DNA from: a virus
IMG/VR virus record: IMGVR_UViG_3300034025_000072
Coordinates: 1 to 47,247 of that record
Length of the DNA stretch: 47,247 nucleotides
Reading direction: 5' to 3' (one strand)
Positions 1 through 8,952 of this stretch are shown here, piece by piece (position 1 is the first letter of the stretch; each line of letters opens with the position of its first letter). Under the pieces are notes generated by a model that saw only the letters and a list, made by a program, of their open reading frames with translations, searched no databases and was not told the origin of the DNA. Position numbers and translations under genes: made by a program.

Positions 1-127
1 GAATTCGGGCGAATCTCGTTGTCGAGCGGCTTGAGCGAGTCGGCGTCGGTCGAGGTCATGTTCACGCCACCCTGCTCCGACTGGATACGAGTCTCGGCCG
101 GGGGCGTACCATCCACGTTCTGATTGT
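1..127. repeat. Left copy of the 127-bp terminal overlap, identical to 47121..47247. It closes the contig into a 47120-bp circle or permuted unit.
   Basis: Read directly: gaattcgggcgaatctcg...ccacgttctgattgt occurs at both ends. The repeat lies inside an ORF that continues across the junction. Confidence 0.95.
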
Positions 128-164
128 GCCCGGCTTGACGAGCTGCGAGTGCACCAAAATCCAT
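1..164 (-). CDS. 5' part of the junction-spanning gene; the rest is 46712..47120. The full product is about 190 aa, a virion-module protein of unknown function (possible head decoration or accessory protein).
   Basis: The ATG at 164-162 is preceded by gaaggaag 6-8 nt upstream. The frame is continuous with ORF 46712..47236 through the repeat (MDFGALAARQAGHNQNVDGTPPAETR...). The gene lies immediately downstream of the capsid gene terminator. Confidence 0.65.
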   Translation of the reverse strand, partial: MDFGALAARQAGHNQNVDGTPPAETRIQSEQGGVNMTSTDADSLKPLDNEIRPN

Positions 165-180
165 TATATCTTCCTTCACG

Positions 181-210
181 AAAAAAGGGGAGGGAGTTGA
201 TTCCCTCCCC
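181..210 (-). terminator. Rho-independent terminator downstream of the major capsid gene
   Basis: Perfect 9-bp stem ggggaggga (187-195) / tccctcccc (202-210) with a 6-nt loop. It is followed on the minus strand by a 6-U tract (aaaaaa at 181-186), 45 nt after the capsid stop codon. Confidence 0.8.
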
Positions 211-254
211 CAGGCTGCGGAATCTGCGGAGACTCCAAACTGGTGACGAGAGTC

Positions 255-1448
255 TTAGCCCGCCGTCGACTTGACCGCCCGCGTGACGTTACGCAGGATT
301 CCCATCGTGCGCGCGCCGCCGACCTCGATGCCGGCCTCCGTAGTGATGACGCCCTCGTCGGCATCCTTACCCTGGATTCGCTTGCCGTTCTCGTCGTACC
401 CTTCCTCGTTGGTTTCGCGGAGGGTACGCTTGCGAATCGCACCGGGGTGAAGCACGTACAGCTCCTTCTGCCACACCGGATTCTCGTTCATGAGCGGGTG
501 CGTCATGAGCTTCAGCTTGCCGAACGGCGTCATGATCTCCGTCACCGAGATTCCCACCTTGGTTTCGCCGACCGAGATGTTGTAGGTGCCGTCGAGCATG
601 GTCATCTGATTCAGCACCTGCACGACCTGATCGCCGCCCATCGCCATGCGCTCGTTGGGTTGCCCCTTGATGCTGGTGGCGAAGATTCGACGAATGAAGT
701 CCTCGAAGTCCACGCGCGAGTAGTCGCCGGGAGTCCCGCCGGTCGCAACCGACTCGACGACGCCGCCGTACTTCTCGACCTGGGCCACGATTCCGTCGGT
801 CATACGGAACTGCTTGTTGTTGTAGGTGCCGACGTGACTCCGACCCCAGACGAACGCGCGCTCCATATCCTCGGCGTGGAAGGAAGCGCAGTCCTTCTTG
901 TTCCGAGCCAGCTTGTTGCCAGTGCGAGTCGCGACCGCCTTGGCCGTGCCGGTGATCGCCCACGAGTTGCGGAAAATCTGCACGTAGTTGAATCGCGGCG
1001 CACCCTGCTGGACCTTGGCAACGGGCATTCCCGAGCCTTCCTCGTGCGCGTTACCGATCGCCTGAAAGTGCATGTCCGCCGTAACAGCCGTGATGGCCGT
1101 GCCGCCGAGTCCACGAACGACCGTGAGCTGATTCGCATTGGTGCCCGCGACGAGAACGTGCTCGCCGGTTTCCTCGATCATGGCAACGGTGCCCGGCACG
1201 TAATACGAGGCATCATCGAGCGTCAGAGTCGTGGTCGTGCCACCACCCGTCAGCGTCGAGCGGCCCGACTGATGCGAGTCCTCGAACCACGTGAACACCG
1301 TATCGGCGGCCGCGGCCTTGTTCATGCCGGAGGACAGCGCGAGGAAAAGCGCGGTGCCCGTCGGCTGCATACGCAGAATCACAGAGGAGAAGTCGCCGAC
1401 TCGGTCCCCCACGATGTTCTGGTTCGAAGCGAAGATACCCTGAATCAT
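255..1448 (-). CDS. Major capsid protein (HK97-fold type, podovirus-like)
   Basis: 397-aa ORF directly after the scaffold-like gene and before a strong terminator. RBS gagggag lies upstream. Size, position and sequence character (e.g. FEDFIRRIF...ERMAMGGDQVVQVLNQM) fit capsid proteins. The family call is from recall and was not searched. Confidence 0.8.
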   Translation of the reverse strand: MIQGIFASNQNIVGDRVGDFSSVILRMQPTGTALFLALSSGMNKAAAADTVFTWFEDSHQSGRSTLTGGGTTTTLTLDDASYYVPGTVAMIEETGEHVLVAGTNANQLTVVRGLGGTAITAVTADMHFQAIGNAHEEGSGMPVAKVQQGAPRFNYVQIFRNSWAITGTAKAVATRTGNKLARNKKDCASFHAEDMERAFVWGRSHVGTYNNKQFRMTDGIVAQVEKYGGVVESVATGGTPGDYSRVDFEDFIRRIFATSIKGQPNERMAMGGDQVVQVLNQMTMLDGTYNISVGETKVGISVTEIMTPFGKLKLMTHPLMNENPVWQKELYVLHPGAIRKRTLRETNEEGYDENGKRIQGKDADEGVITTEAGIEVGGARTMGILRNVTRAVKSTAG

Positions 1449-1483
1449 TGACTTCTAACTCCCTCTTCTGTTGTGAGTCCGGA

Positions 1484-2326
1484 CTATCCGCGACCCAGCA
1501 GTTCTTCTTCCCAGTTGGTCTGACCCACCTGATTATCGCCCGCGCCGCCCGGCGGAGTCGTGATTCCGAAGTCGCTGCCCAGTCGAGTCGCCTGGAACTG
1601 TAGCATCTGCTTCGTCATCGCAATCGCTTCCGGTCGCTTGCCCTTGGTCAGCTTGAGAGCCTGCACCATGAGTCCGTCGACGACAGGCTTGATGCCGGCC
1701 TTGGGGTCCCCGTAGCTGGGAATCTCGCGGGCCAGATCAGTCTCCGTATCGCGCTGCCCGAGTCGCCCCTCGATCATGGACTGGAACTTCTGCTCCAATT
1801 CCGTACCGTGGCGCTGCATGAGCTGCGCGGCCATTACGACGGCTTGCCGAGTCACCTCACGACCGAACGTGGTCATGTTGTTGTTGAAGGTGGTCGAATC
1901 GCCGTTGTTCATAGCCTCGACGGCTTCCGGTGTAAAGACTCCTTGCTGGCCGAAGGTCATGGAGTTCAGGGCGTTCGCGAAGGCATTGCCGCCACCGTTG
2001 CCATCCTGATTCCCCGGAGGATTCGTAGTGACGGAACCACCTTGATTCCCGGAACCACTCTCTTCCGCCTCGGGCTCATTCCAAAATGCCGCCGGATCGA
2101 AACCGCCGCCACTGTTATTTCCCGGATTCCCGGCATTGCCCGTGTCCGAGCCATTATTACCGCCGTTACCCCCGCCGTTATTGCCACCCCCGTTGGAGTC
2201 GCCGCCAGTGCCGCCGGTGTCCTGATGCCCATGCGCGCCGTCTGGGTCACGCATGGGATGCCCATGCTTGCCGAGTCGAACGCTGGGCCGATAGCCGGTG
2301 GAAGCCAGAAGCTGATACTTACGCAT
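1484..2326 (-). CDS. Putative scaffolding protein
   Basis: 280-aa ORF between the portal-side genes and the capsid gene, with strong RBS aaggaagga. The N-terminal half is Gly/Asn-rich low complexity and the C-terminal half looks helical. The call rests on position. Confidence 0.6.
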   Translation of the reverse strand: MRKYQLLASTGYRPSVRLGKHGHPMRDPDGAHGHQDTGGTGGDSNGGGNNGGGNGGNNGSDTGNAGNPGNNSGGGFDPAAFWNEPEAEESGSGNQGGSVTTNPPGNQDGNGGGNAFANALNSMTFGQQGVFTPEAVEAMNNGDSTTFNNNMTTFGREVTRQAVVMAAQLMQRHGTELEQKFQSMIEGRLGQRDTETDLAREIPSYGDPKAGIKPVVDGLMVQALKLTKGKRPEAIAMTKQMLQFQATRLGSDFGITTPPGGAGDNQVGQTNWEEELLGRG

Positions 2327-2327
2327 G

Positions 2328-2576
2328 TTACGAGTCCTTCCTTAGTTCGTCAGATAGCGCCTGTAGCGCGAGGAGACCATGATTCTGGCTACGATAATTC
2401 AGAATCCTGGCGGTTAACGTAGCCGGGTCCTCATCAACTGCCCCCGCGGCAACTGACTCAAATCCGGCTGCGATCTGTAGAGGGATGACCCCGGACAAGC
2501 CGAGCATCTTGATTCCTTCAACCGCAAGTATGCGACGTTCAGGATCAAGCTCCCTAAGAAACGATTTGTCGATCAC
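2328..2576 (-). CDS. Hypothetical small head-module protein (82 aa)
   Basis: The GTG start overlaps the portal stop (GTGA), and the stop lies 1 nt before the scaffold start, a tight translational-coupling arrangement. Confidence 0.6.
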   Translation of the reverse strand: MIDKSFLRELDPERRILAVEGIKMLGLSGVIPLQIAAGFESVAAGAVDEDPATLTARILNYRSQNHGLLALQALSDELRKDS

Positions 2577-4561
2577 GAGGGAATTGCCCCTTGAGCGCCA
2601 GCAGGATTCGTGGCAACCCCCGCAACCTCGGCCTGATTGGGTGCGACTCCCGCGGCTTCAGCCCCCGGCGCACCATTGGCTATACCGGCTTCCGGGCCAG
2701 TTTGAGTCGGCGCGGCAGGTTGCAGATGAAACTGCTTCATGTCCACGTCAATGTCGATCATGCTGGTCCAGTAATCGATGAGTCCGATTAGGTCGAGCCG
2801 TTGAGCCGCCATCGGATTCTGGATAAGCGCGAAGATCAACGTCTGAAGCGATTCGCTGGCTGCCTGACGATCGAGCGCTTTGAGTCCTTGCCCGATAATG
2901 AACGGGAGGTCCAGAGTCCGCAGCTTGGACAGATCGATTGTAACCTCGCGGCCGTAGAAGTCGTTAACAACCGCGTTGTCGGGCTGGAACTGAATGATGT
3001 TGTAGTACATGCTGAATCGCATACCACGGAACATCGTGTCATCCAGTAGCCGGGCCGTCTTGTGCATACGACGATTCGCACCTTGCTGCACAGCCGCAAC
3101 CTGACTGCCCACCGCTCGATCGATGCTGGCAATCTGACTCGGCAGACTCTGCGTTGGGAAGAACTGATTGATGATCGCCATCACCGAATCGACATCGCCC
3201 ATCGTCTGCTTGGTGTCGAGCGTCGCGTTGTCGCGCCAGACAGCCGTGCGAACATCCTTGCCGTAGCCAGCAGCTTTTAACGGGACTCGCGCGCTGACCT
3301 CACCGTCCTTCATGTCTCCGAGGTCCACCATCGTCGGGTCGTAGACCGTCAAGCCCCATACGTTCTTGCGATTCGCTTGAACATGAATGTTGAGCAGAAA
3401 GCTGGCGAAGTCCTGCAAGGGCATGATGATTTCGGAGACGGCCTTCTGACTCTGACCCATCAGATCATCGTTGACGACTCCGAGGTGGAAGGGCAGCATA
3501 CCATGAATATTGTTCATGTACGTGCACTCGATGATGCGCTCGTTGTTGGCGATTGTGAAACGCCAAGTCTCGTAACGATTCCGCTCCTGCTTAGCCGCTG
3601 CGTTGCCATCGATCAAGCCGAAGTCCACGGGATTGAGTCGAATGTGAATCTCGGTTAGCTCGAAGCCAGAGTTGTGCGCGAAGTCGGGAGTCTCCGAGAA
3701 CCACGACGCGTAATCCACACCTGCGCCAGCCAGCGATTCGTTTTCGTTCATACGGGCTGCGGTGGGCGGATGCCGGTAGTAGATGGTTTCGCTGATTCCG
3801 TTGTCGTTTGCCAGCAGGTCCTCGCAGTTGAAGAACACACCAGCCGCGCATTTGTTCTTGAGCCAGTAGTGACTCCTCATCATCGCGCGCCCGCACCACT
3901 CGCCCTCGTGATTCAACTTCGTGGGGTGAACGTGCGGGTCCCAGAAGGTGTTGTACATGTCGAGGGCTTCGACTCGATTGCCCTGCCACTTGGTTTCGGT
4001 CGTGACGATATCCGCACCCTGAGCGTTCTTGGACAGCTTGGGGCCAGAGTCGGTAGCCCAGTAACTATAGAATCCGCCGAGGTTATACTTCATGCAGTTG
4101 AACGTCGTCAGCAGTACCTCGCGATAATAGCCCGCGTAGATGGCATGATTGTTCATCAGCGTGATGATCTGATTCGCCTCGGACACCTCATCCGGCTTGC
4201 CAGTGTGGTAGAACATGCCACGATTCGGGCTGAACGTCGCCGCGAAGTACGTCATCATGTCGTCGAGGTGAACGTAGGTAAGCGGAAGCTTGATCGTGGT
4301 TGCGATGGGACTCCCATCCTCATCCTTCTTGCGTTGACGCTTCTTATCCTCGTCGGACAGTTTCATCCAGCCCGCGACGTCACGGTCGATTGCGGCCATG
4401 CGTTCGAGCTTCGAGTCACGTTGCTTCTTGCCGAGGTCGAGCCTCTGCTGAAGGTACTGCAAGAGCAAGTTGTGATTCGCATTGTTACGCAGCGGGTGCG
4501 CCGCGTGCACCGTGGGAGTCGGGAGCTTAATCTGCGGATGCCGCATGGGACCGTCAAACAC
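2573..4561 (-). CDS. Portal protein
   Basis: 662-aa ORF immediately downstream of, and overlapping, the large terminase gene and upstream of scaffold and capsid. Size and synteny are typical of portals. The start is GTG at 4561 or ATG at 4546. Confidence 0.7.
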   Translation of the reverse strand: MFDGPMRHPQIKLPTPTVHAAHPLRNNANHNLLLQYLQQRLDLGKKQRDSKLERMAAIDRDVAGWMKLSDEDKKRQRKKDEDGSPIATTIKLPLTYVHLDDMMTYFAATFSPNRGMFYHTGKPDEVSEANQIITLMNNHAIYAGYYREVLLTTFNCMKYNLGGFYSYWATDSGPKLSKNAQGADIVTTETKWQGNRVEALDMYNTFWDPHVHPTKLNHEGEWCGRAMMRSHYWLKNKCAAGVFFNCEDLLANDNGISETIYYRHPPTAARMNENESLAGAGVDYASWFSETPDFAHNSGFELTEIHIRLNPVDFGLIDGNAAAKQERNRYETWRFTIANNERIIECTYMNNIHGMLPFHLGVVNDDLMGQSQKAVSEIIMPLQDFASFLLNIHVQANRKNVWGLTVYDPTMVDLGDMKDGEVSARVPLKAAGYGKDVRTAVWRDNATLDTKQTMGDVDSVMAIINQFFPTQSLPSQIASIDRAVGSQVAAVQQGANRRMHKTARLLDDTMFRGMRFSMYYNIIQFQPDNAVVNDFYGREVTIDLSKLRTLDLPFIIGQGLKALDRQAASESLQTLIFALIQNPMAAQRLDLIGLIDYWTSMIDIDVDMKQFHLQPAAPTQTGPEAGIANGAPGAEAAGVAPNQAEVAGVATNPAGAQGAIPS

Positions 4562-6110
4562 TTGATACCTCCATTCCGAATCGTCCGCCGCCGAACGTAT
4601 CCATTTGTTGATTGAAACTGGCCATGATGAGATTCAGATAGAGTTCCATCATGGTAGGACCGTAGGCGCAAGAGTCGAGAATGTCGTCCTCCTGATCCTT
4701 CTTCTTGAAGCTGTAGGCGAGCGCCTGAGTCGTAATGTCAATGTCAGTGTCGGGAATGGCCCACTCGCCATTTGCCTGCAATGACATGAAGGCACGAATC
4801 CGGCCAAACTTGGGATCACCGCGACCTGCCATGAGGGGCATAATCTCGACGTGATGATTCAGCATGGCTTGCGCGAGGAAGATGTTGAACAACGGAATGA
4901 GAAGTCTCTGGGCTGCGACAGCTTCGATTCCCCAAACCCATGCACCCCAATATCGCGCGAGTGCCAGCGTGTTCTGGAACATCTGATTCTCATCAAAGTG
5001 CCCATGCACACAAGCCACCGTCATCGGGACTCCTTCCTCGGGAATCACATGCACGGAGATTGCCGTCTCATCATTGTGAAGATTCTGACCGAACGCGGGA
5101 TCGATTGTGATCCAAGCTGCCTTGATCGAGTCGGGGGTAGGAATCGGCTGATAGTTGAACTGGTCCTGCGTGAATCCGTTCTCGCCGTGGCCCGGCATGT
5201 TCATCATCTCGCACATCCAAGTCTCAACGAGTCCGAGGTCCTTGTACTCCTTAAAGTCCTCCTGCAACGCATCGACCGTCCACTTGCCGGGCCAGAGCGG
5301 GAGCATGTTGCCGGTACGCGAGTCTTTGACCAAGCACCCATAGACGACTGGGTTCCACTTGGGGTTACGACTCAAGCGCGCCAGCAAGGAAGTTTTTTGG
5401 AGCATGTTGCCCAGCCAGACAATCTTCTTGTGCCGAGCGAGCGCCTTGATGAACGGGCCGAATATCCACTTATCAAGTTTCTTCTGCAATGCAATCGAGT
5501 CGGTGTTCTCGTTGTCCTCCACGTCGTCAACCACCGCATGATCCGGCCGCTGATTGTCAATGTTGATTCCGCGCATCTGCTGACCTTGGCCAATAGCGCG
5601 CAGAATGATTCGCTTATACTTGCCACCCGGCATGGGCAGATCGTATATCCACAGCGACTCCATCTCCGACTCTTTGACCACTTTGACATGGCCAAAGGTT
5701 GCAATGAAGTTGGGATGTTTCAGGAACTCGACGATATCCTTGCACGCGCCCTTAGCGATGGCGTTCGTGTTGGACAGGTACACTGTGAATCGATGGCGCG
5801 TGAAGAGCCAGTGCCAAATGACACCCAGCTTAGCCAGAGTCGTCTTGGCATGATCGCGTGGAATCGCTAGGAGAATCCGCTCGGCGATCGAGGTAATCTT
5901 AGCCCACACGTCTTTGTGAAAGCTGGGCACCGGAAGATCGAGCTGGTCGGACAGAAAGAACTCGATGAAGAACTCCCCATCCTCTTTGAGTCGTTTGCGT
6001 ACCTCGGGCAGATCGGCGACAACATCTACCGTCTCCACCCCGTTGCCAACGGTGGAAGTCTCGAACGATTCTTCTAGCTCGTCCACATATGGTACGCGCG
6101 GCTCGGCCAT
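4554..6110 (-). CDS. terL: Terminase large subunit
   Basis: 518 aa with a Walker A-like PRDHAKTT, a Walker B-like VVDDVED and a C-terminal nuclease-like region (ITIDPAFG...DETAISV). It sits directly upstream of the portal gene. Confidence 0.85.
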   Translation of the reverse strand: MAEPRVPYVDELEESFETSTVGNGVETVDVVADLPEVRKRLKEDGEFFIEFFLSDQLDLPVPSFHKDVWAKITSIAERILLAIPRDHAKTTLAKLGVIWHWLFTRHRFTVYLSNTNAIAKGACKDIVEFLKHPNFIATFGHVKVVKESEMESLWIYDLPMPGGKYKRIILRAIGQGQQMRGINIDNQRPDHAVVDDVEDNENTDSIALQKKLDKWIFGPFIKALARHKKIVWLGNMLQKTSLLARLSRNPKWNPVVYGCLVKDSRTGNMLPLWPGKWTVDALQEDFKEYKDLGLVETWMCEMMNMPGHGENGFTQDQFNYQPIPTPDSIKAAWITIDPAFGQNLHNDETAISVHVIPEEGVPMTVACVHGHFDENQMFQNTLALARYWGAWVWGIEAVAAQRLLIPLFNIFLAQAMLNHHVEIMPLMAGRGDPKFGRIRAFMSLQANGEWAIPDTDIDITTQALAYSFKKKDQEDDILDSCAYGPTMMELYLNLIMASFNQQMDTFGGGRFGMEVSSV

Positions 6111-6331
6111 TACCTTTTCGTCTTACCCTGCAAGCCCAACATGAGTCGTTCGATGAACCCCAAAGGAGGTTCGGGCGGAGCCTTGTTTTGCTGCTGTTGC
6201 ATCGCCGCGCTCTTGGCTGCGTTGGCCCGAGTCGTGGTTGTGTTCCGTCGCAGGGATTCACTACGCTGACGATAGAACGCCACCATGGCTTCCTCTTGCG
6301 GGGTGAGTGGCTTGTTGTTCGGATTCGACAT
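6110..6331 (-). CDS. Hypothetical protein (73 aa from the ATG at 6331)
   Basis: The start lies 1 nt after the upstream stop, and the stop overlaps the terL ATG (TAATG). The longer ORF-track start at 6406 would overlap the upstream gene. Confidence 0.5.
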   Translation of the reverse strand: MSNPNNKPLTPQEEAMVAFYRQRSESLRRNTTTTRANAAKSAAMQQQQNKAPPEPPLGFIERLMLGLQGKTKR

Positions 6332-6332
6332 G

Positions 6333-6581
6333 TTAACCCCCCATTGCCCCCATAACCAGTTTGAGGATGTCTCCGAATCCCCCGCCCTTGTCTTGCTTTG
6401 GAGCACCCATCAATTCTTCCCCCAGATCAGCGCCAACTTGCTGTTGATTCCCAGCTGCGGCCGCACTGATAAAACTGCCAAGCACGTCCTCACTGCCCGA
6501 CTCGGTGCCCACTCCCAATCCAGTCATGGGGTCAAGAATATCCTTGCTTCGACTCAGGGGGCTTTGATTGATTCCGAACAT
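6333..6581 (-). CDS. Hypothetical protein (82 aa)
   Basis: ATG start with RBS gaggag 8 nt upstream. The gene is packed against the next gene. Confidence 0.55.
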   Translation of the reverse strand: MFGINQSPLSRSKDILDPMTGLGVGTESGSEDVLGSFISAAAAGNQQQVGADLGEELMGAPKQDKGGGFGDILKLVMGAMGG

Positions 6582-6679
6582 TAGCCTTACTCCTCGGCGG
6601 GATTCACTCTGCGGGTTTGATTCCTAGTCTGGTTCTGGCTGTTACGCGAGACCGTCCTTGGCTCCTTCGGAGCGTTGCG

Positions 6680-7324
6680 TTACCAGCCGCTCATTTCCCT
6701 TAGCATCTCATCCGGGTCCGGGTCAGCTTGAGTCGGATGCGCCTTGATCTGGACGGTCTTATCCATGAACGGCTTGGCGCTTACCGACAGCAAACTATCC
6801 ACGTCTGCGAAGGTAGGATTCTGTAACCTTGGGTCACCGATTCGCAATGTCTCCTCGGTGGCAGTCTCACCCGTGCCGTCCGCGTTGAACCTCTCGACTT
6901 GCCTACGAGTCAGAGTAAGCGGCACTCGAAGCGCGACGGCAGAAGGGTCCAACACATGGTTTGGCTTGGTGCGGCGCGTTGCTCGATTCGACATCATTGC
7001 CACCTTTAGCAAAAATTCGGCATCCCGTTCATGTACGACTCGCTCATACAGCTTGCTGACTGCCAATTCTTCCAATGAGTCATAAGTAAGGTCGACGCTG
7101 ACTCTGCTCTTTGCGTGCTCCACCTTCATCAGTAGCAAGACCTTCTTGTAGGTCTCGTCGCTGGCAACTGACTCAACGTCCTCGTTGCTTAGGCCCATGA
7201 GTTCGGCGATAACCTTGCGCTCGAATCCTTGGACCTCATGCTTCGCAATAATAACGTGCACGTCCTCCACGGGTTCCCCAAGGTCCCGCGACAACGACTC
7301 AGGAGTCATAGTGATGATGGACAC
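6680..7324 (-). CDS. Putative terminase small subunit or DNA-binding packaging protein
   Basis: This is the first gene of the late operon, upstream of terL. It is 214 aa with a helix-turn-helix-like N-terminal segment (ERKVIAELMGLSNEDVESV). GTG start at 7324 with RBS ggaaagg. The function is assigned from position only. Confidence 0.4.
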   Translation of the reverse strand: MSIITMTPESLSRDLGEPVEDVHVIIAKHEVQGFERKVIAELMGLSNEDVESVASDETYKKVLLLMKVEHAKSRVSVDLTYDSLEELAVSKLYERVVHERDAEFLLKVAMMSNRATRRTKPNHVLDPSAVALRVPLTLTRRQVERFNADGTGETATEETLRIGDPRLQNPTFADVDSLLSVSAKPFMDKTVQIKAHPTQADPDPDEMLREMSGW

Positions 7325-7934
7325 GGGATTCGCCTTTCCATTTACCTACTGTTCTACGCGATACGAGTCTGGTTAGCAAGGGGCTTGCCGCCGTAAGTTC
7401 GCGTAATCGGCTGAGGTTAGCGCGAGCCCTCTTGTTCCTACGGGAAGGAATCGTGCGAAACCCCTCTTGGCGCGCGGGATGTCTCCGCATTGCGGGAGTC
7501 GTTTTGTTTTCCGAATTTTTTGGTGGGGCACGCGGGACTCATATTAAGCCGGTTGCCATCGGGCTACGTATGGGGGGTAGTACCCCCGGCCTTCGGAATC
7601 TGAGGCTGGCTGTGTATTGGCTCGCGATTGCCTTCAGCTCCACAGACGATTCGATGCCCGCCGGAACCATGAGGATCAGTGATGTGAGTCAAGCCTGCCA
7701 CTCCCCCCACTTGCAAACTAACGCATCGCTTGCGATTCCTTTCAAAGCAACGCAGGCATTAACCATACCTGTTGAGTCGAGGCGTCATGTCTGCGCAGAA
7801 TCCCACAACGCCTCGCAGAGTCATTGAAAAGAAATCAATTGTGCGACTAGCACTCAACTCTACTAAAATCTGCGTAGCGTAGCGAAGCAGATTTTTTCGG
7901 GTATGGTTAACAAAGGTTAATGAGTCGCGGGCAT
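7325..7934. other. Long non-coding region upstream of the late operon. It may hold late promoter(s), a packaging site or a small RNA.
   Basis: About 610 nt without a convincing ORF; the track ORFs here have implausible composition and no RBS. The region contains several hairpins and palindromes (7572-7587 and 7865-7897; the 11-nt inverted repeat ttaaccatacc at 7759-7769 / ggtatggttaa at 7901-7911). Confidence 0.5.
7865..7897 (+). terminator. Hairpin with flanking A/T tracts (possible bidirectional terminator or RNA 3' end)
   Basis: Stem aaaatctgc (7865-7873) pairs with gcagatttt (7887-7895) across a 13-nt loop, and the T run extends to 7897. No annotated plus-strand gene ends here. Confidence 0.3.
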
Positions 7935-7968
7935 AAAAAAAACCCCCGCAACACAATGGCTGCGGGGG
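7935..7968 (-). terminator. Rho-independent terminator of the leftward early unit
   Basis: Stem cccccgca (7943-7950) / tgcggggg (7961-7968) with a 10-nt loop, followed on the minus strand by 8 U (aaaaaaaa at 7935-7942). It lies 22 nt after the stop of 7990..8952. Confidence 0.85.
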
Positions 7969-7989
7969 TCGAGTCGTTCAGAAGGAGGG

Positions 7990-8952
7990 TTAGGCGGCGG
8001 GCGCATCCTCCGTGGCCGTGGCGGGCGTCGAGTCCTCGGCGGTCAAGTCGGCCGTCAAATCATCGAGCGACAAATCGCCGTCGTCATCCTCGGTCTCGCT
8101 GACCTTCAAGGTCTGCTGATCGCGAGTCGCAAGCCACTTGTCGAAAATGGCAGCGTCGGCTCCCTTGTGCTTGGCGAGAATCTGCCCGAAGCGAAGGGCG
8201 GTGACGAACAGCGATTCGCGCGCCTTGCCTTCGCCGTCCGTGCCACGATCTTCGAGCGCAGGGAAATACTCGCTGGCGTAAGCCTTCGACTCCATCGCCT
8301 TTTTGAGGTCGCTCTTGATAAGGCGATTCTTGAGCCAAATCGGAGCCTTCTCGCCCATCTTCTTGTTGATGGTCTGATAGAGGTCGTTGAACGTGTCCAT
8401 GATTCCGCCCGCATCACGCGAGGACTCGATGAACGCTCCGACCGTGCGCGGCATCTGTTCGATGGCGGTCGCGATATTCTCCGCGTCACGCAACGGACGA
8501 ACCGCAACGTGATTCAGTTCCTTGTCCAGAACCTTGACGGTCCACGCCTTGCCCGCGGACTCGGGAAGGGCGTTCCAGTCGTCGGCGCTCATACCCAGAA
8601 TCGCCGCGATGGTGGGGACGGGGGTGACGACGATCGCCTTGATCGTGGTGGGCTCCTTCTTGCCGCCGACGGTGCGCGGGACATTTTTGAGCACCGCGAC
8701 TCGGACTCGCATTTCCTCCGTGTAAACCTCGGGGTCATATTCGCCCGAATCGTTCACGGCGTTGAGCGCGAAAGGCTGATCGTTGAAGTCGGAGAAGTCG
8801 GAGGCGCATTTCGCCAAGTACGCGGTCGCCTCGTCGGGAGTCGAAAAGGTGCGATACCCGGTCATGCCTTCGAGCGTCGTCACCGTCTTGGCGGGCTTCG
8901 AGTCGCTGGCGGCGGCGGTGGCGTTCGGGGCGGATACGGTGGTGTCGGTCAT
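7990..8952 (-). CDS. Hypothetical protein with an acidic C-terminal tail (320 aa)
   Basis: ATG at 8952 (MTDTTV...) with RBS aaagga 9 nt upstream. The ORF-track start at 9138 adds an implausible N-terminus. The C-terminus is ETEDDDGDLSLDDLTADLTAEDS... The gene has its own strong terminator. Confidence 0.7.
   Translation of the reverse strand: MTDTTVSAPNATAAASDSKPAKTVTTLEGMTGYRTFSTPDEATAYLAKCASDFSDFNDQPFALNAVNDSGEYDPEVYTEEMRVRVAVLKNVPRTVGGKKEPTTIKAIVVTPVPTIAAILGMSADDWNALPESAGKAWTVKVLDKELNHVAVRPLRDAENIATAIEQMPRTVGAFIESSRDAGGIMDTFNDLYQTINKKMGEKAPIWLKNRLIKSDLKKAMESKAYASEYFPALEDRGTDGEGKARESLFVTALRFGQILAKHKGADAAIFDKWLATRDQQTLKVSETEDDDGDLSLDDLTADLTAEDSTPATATEDAPAA

Noticed and set aside
1-6. The EcoRI site (gaattc) exactly at the window start as a cloning boundary.
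   Set aside because: The same hexamer sits inside the right-hand repeat copy within continuous coding sequence, so it is most simply a coincidence of where the circular contig was opened.
243-1451. 402-aa plus-strand ORF antisense to the capsid gene. Similar long antisense ORFs lie at 3674-4615 (+), 4851-5870 (+), 11108-12190 (-), 13167-14558 (-), 20563-22251 (-), 24299-25264 (-), 29025-30017 (+) and 34416-36482 (+).
   Set aside because: These are shadow frames, as expected in GC-rich DNA. They have Arg/Gly/Leu/His-heavy implausible composition and no RBS. Several span multiple sense genes and intergenic gaps. The opposite strand carries motif-bearing, tightly coupled genes.
7432-7827. 131-aa plus-strand ORF, with small minus-strand ORFs at 7299-7490 and 7759-7956, inside the long non-coding region.
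   Set aside because: They have no RBS and odd composition. One starts inside a terminator stem, so the region is better treated as non-coding.
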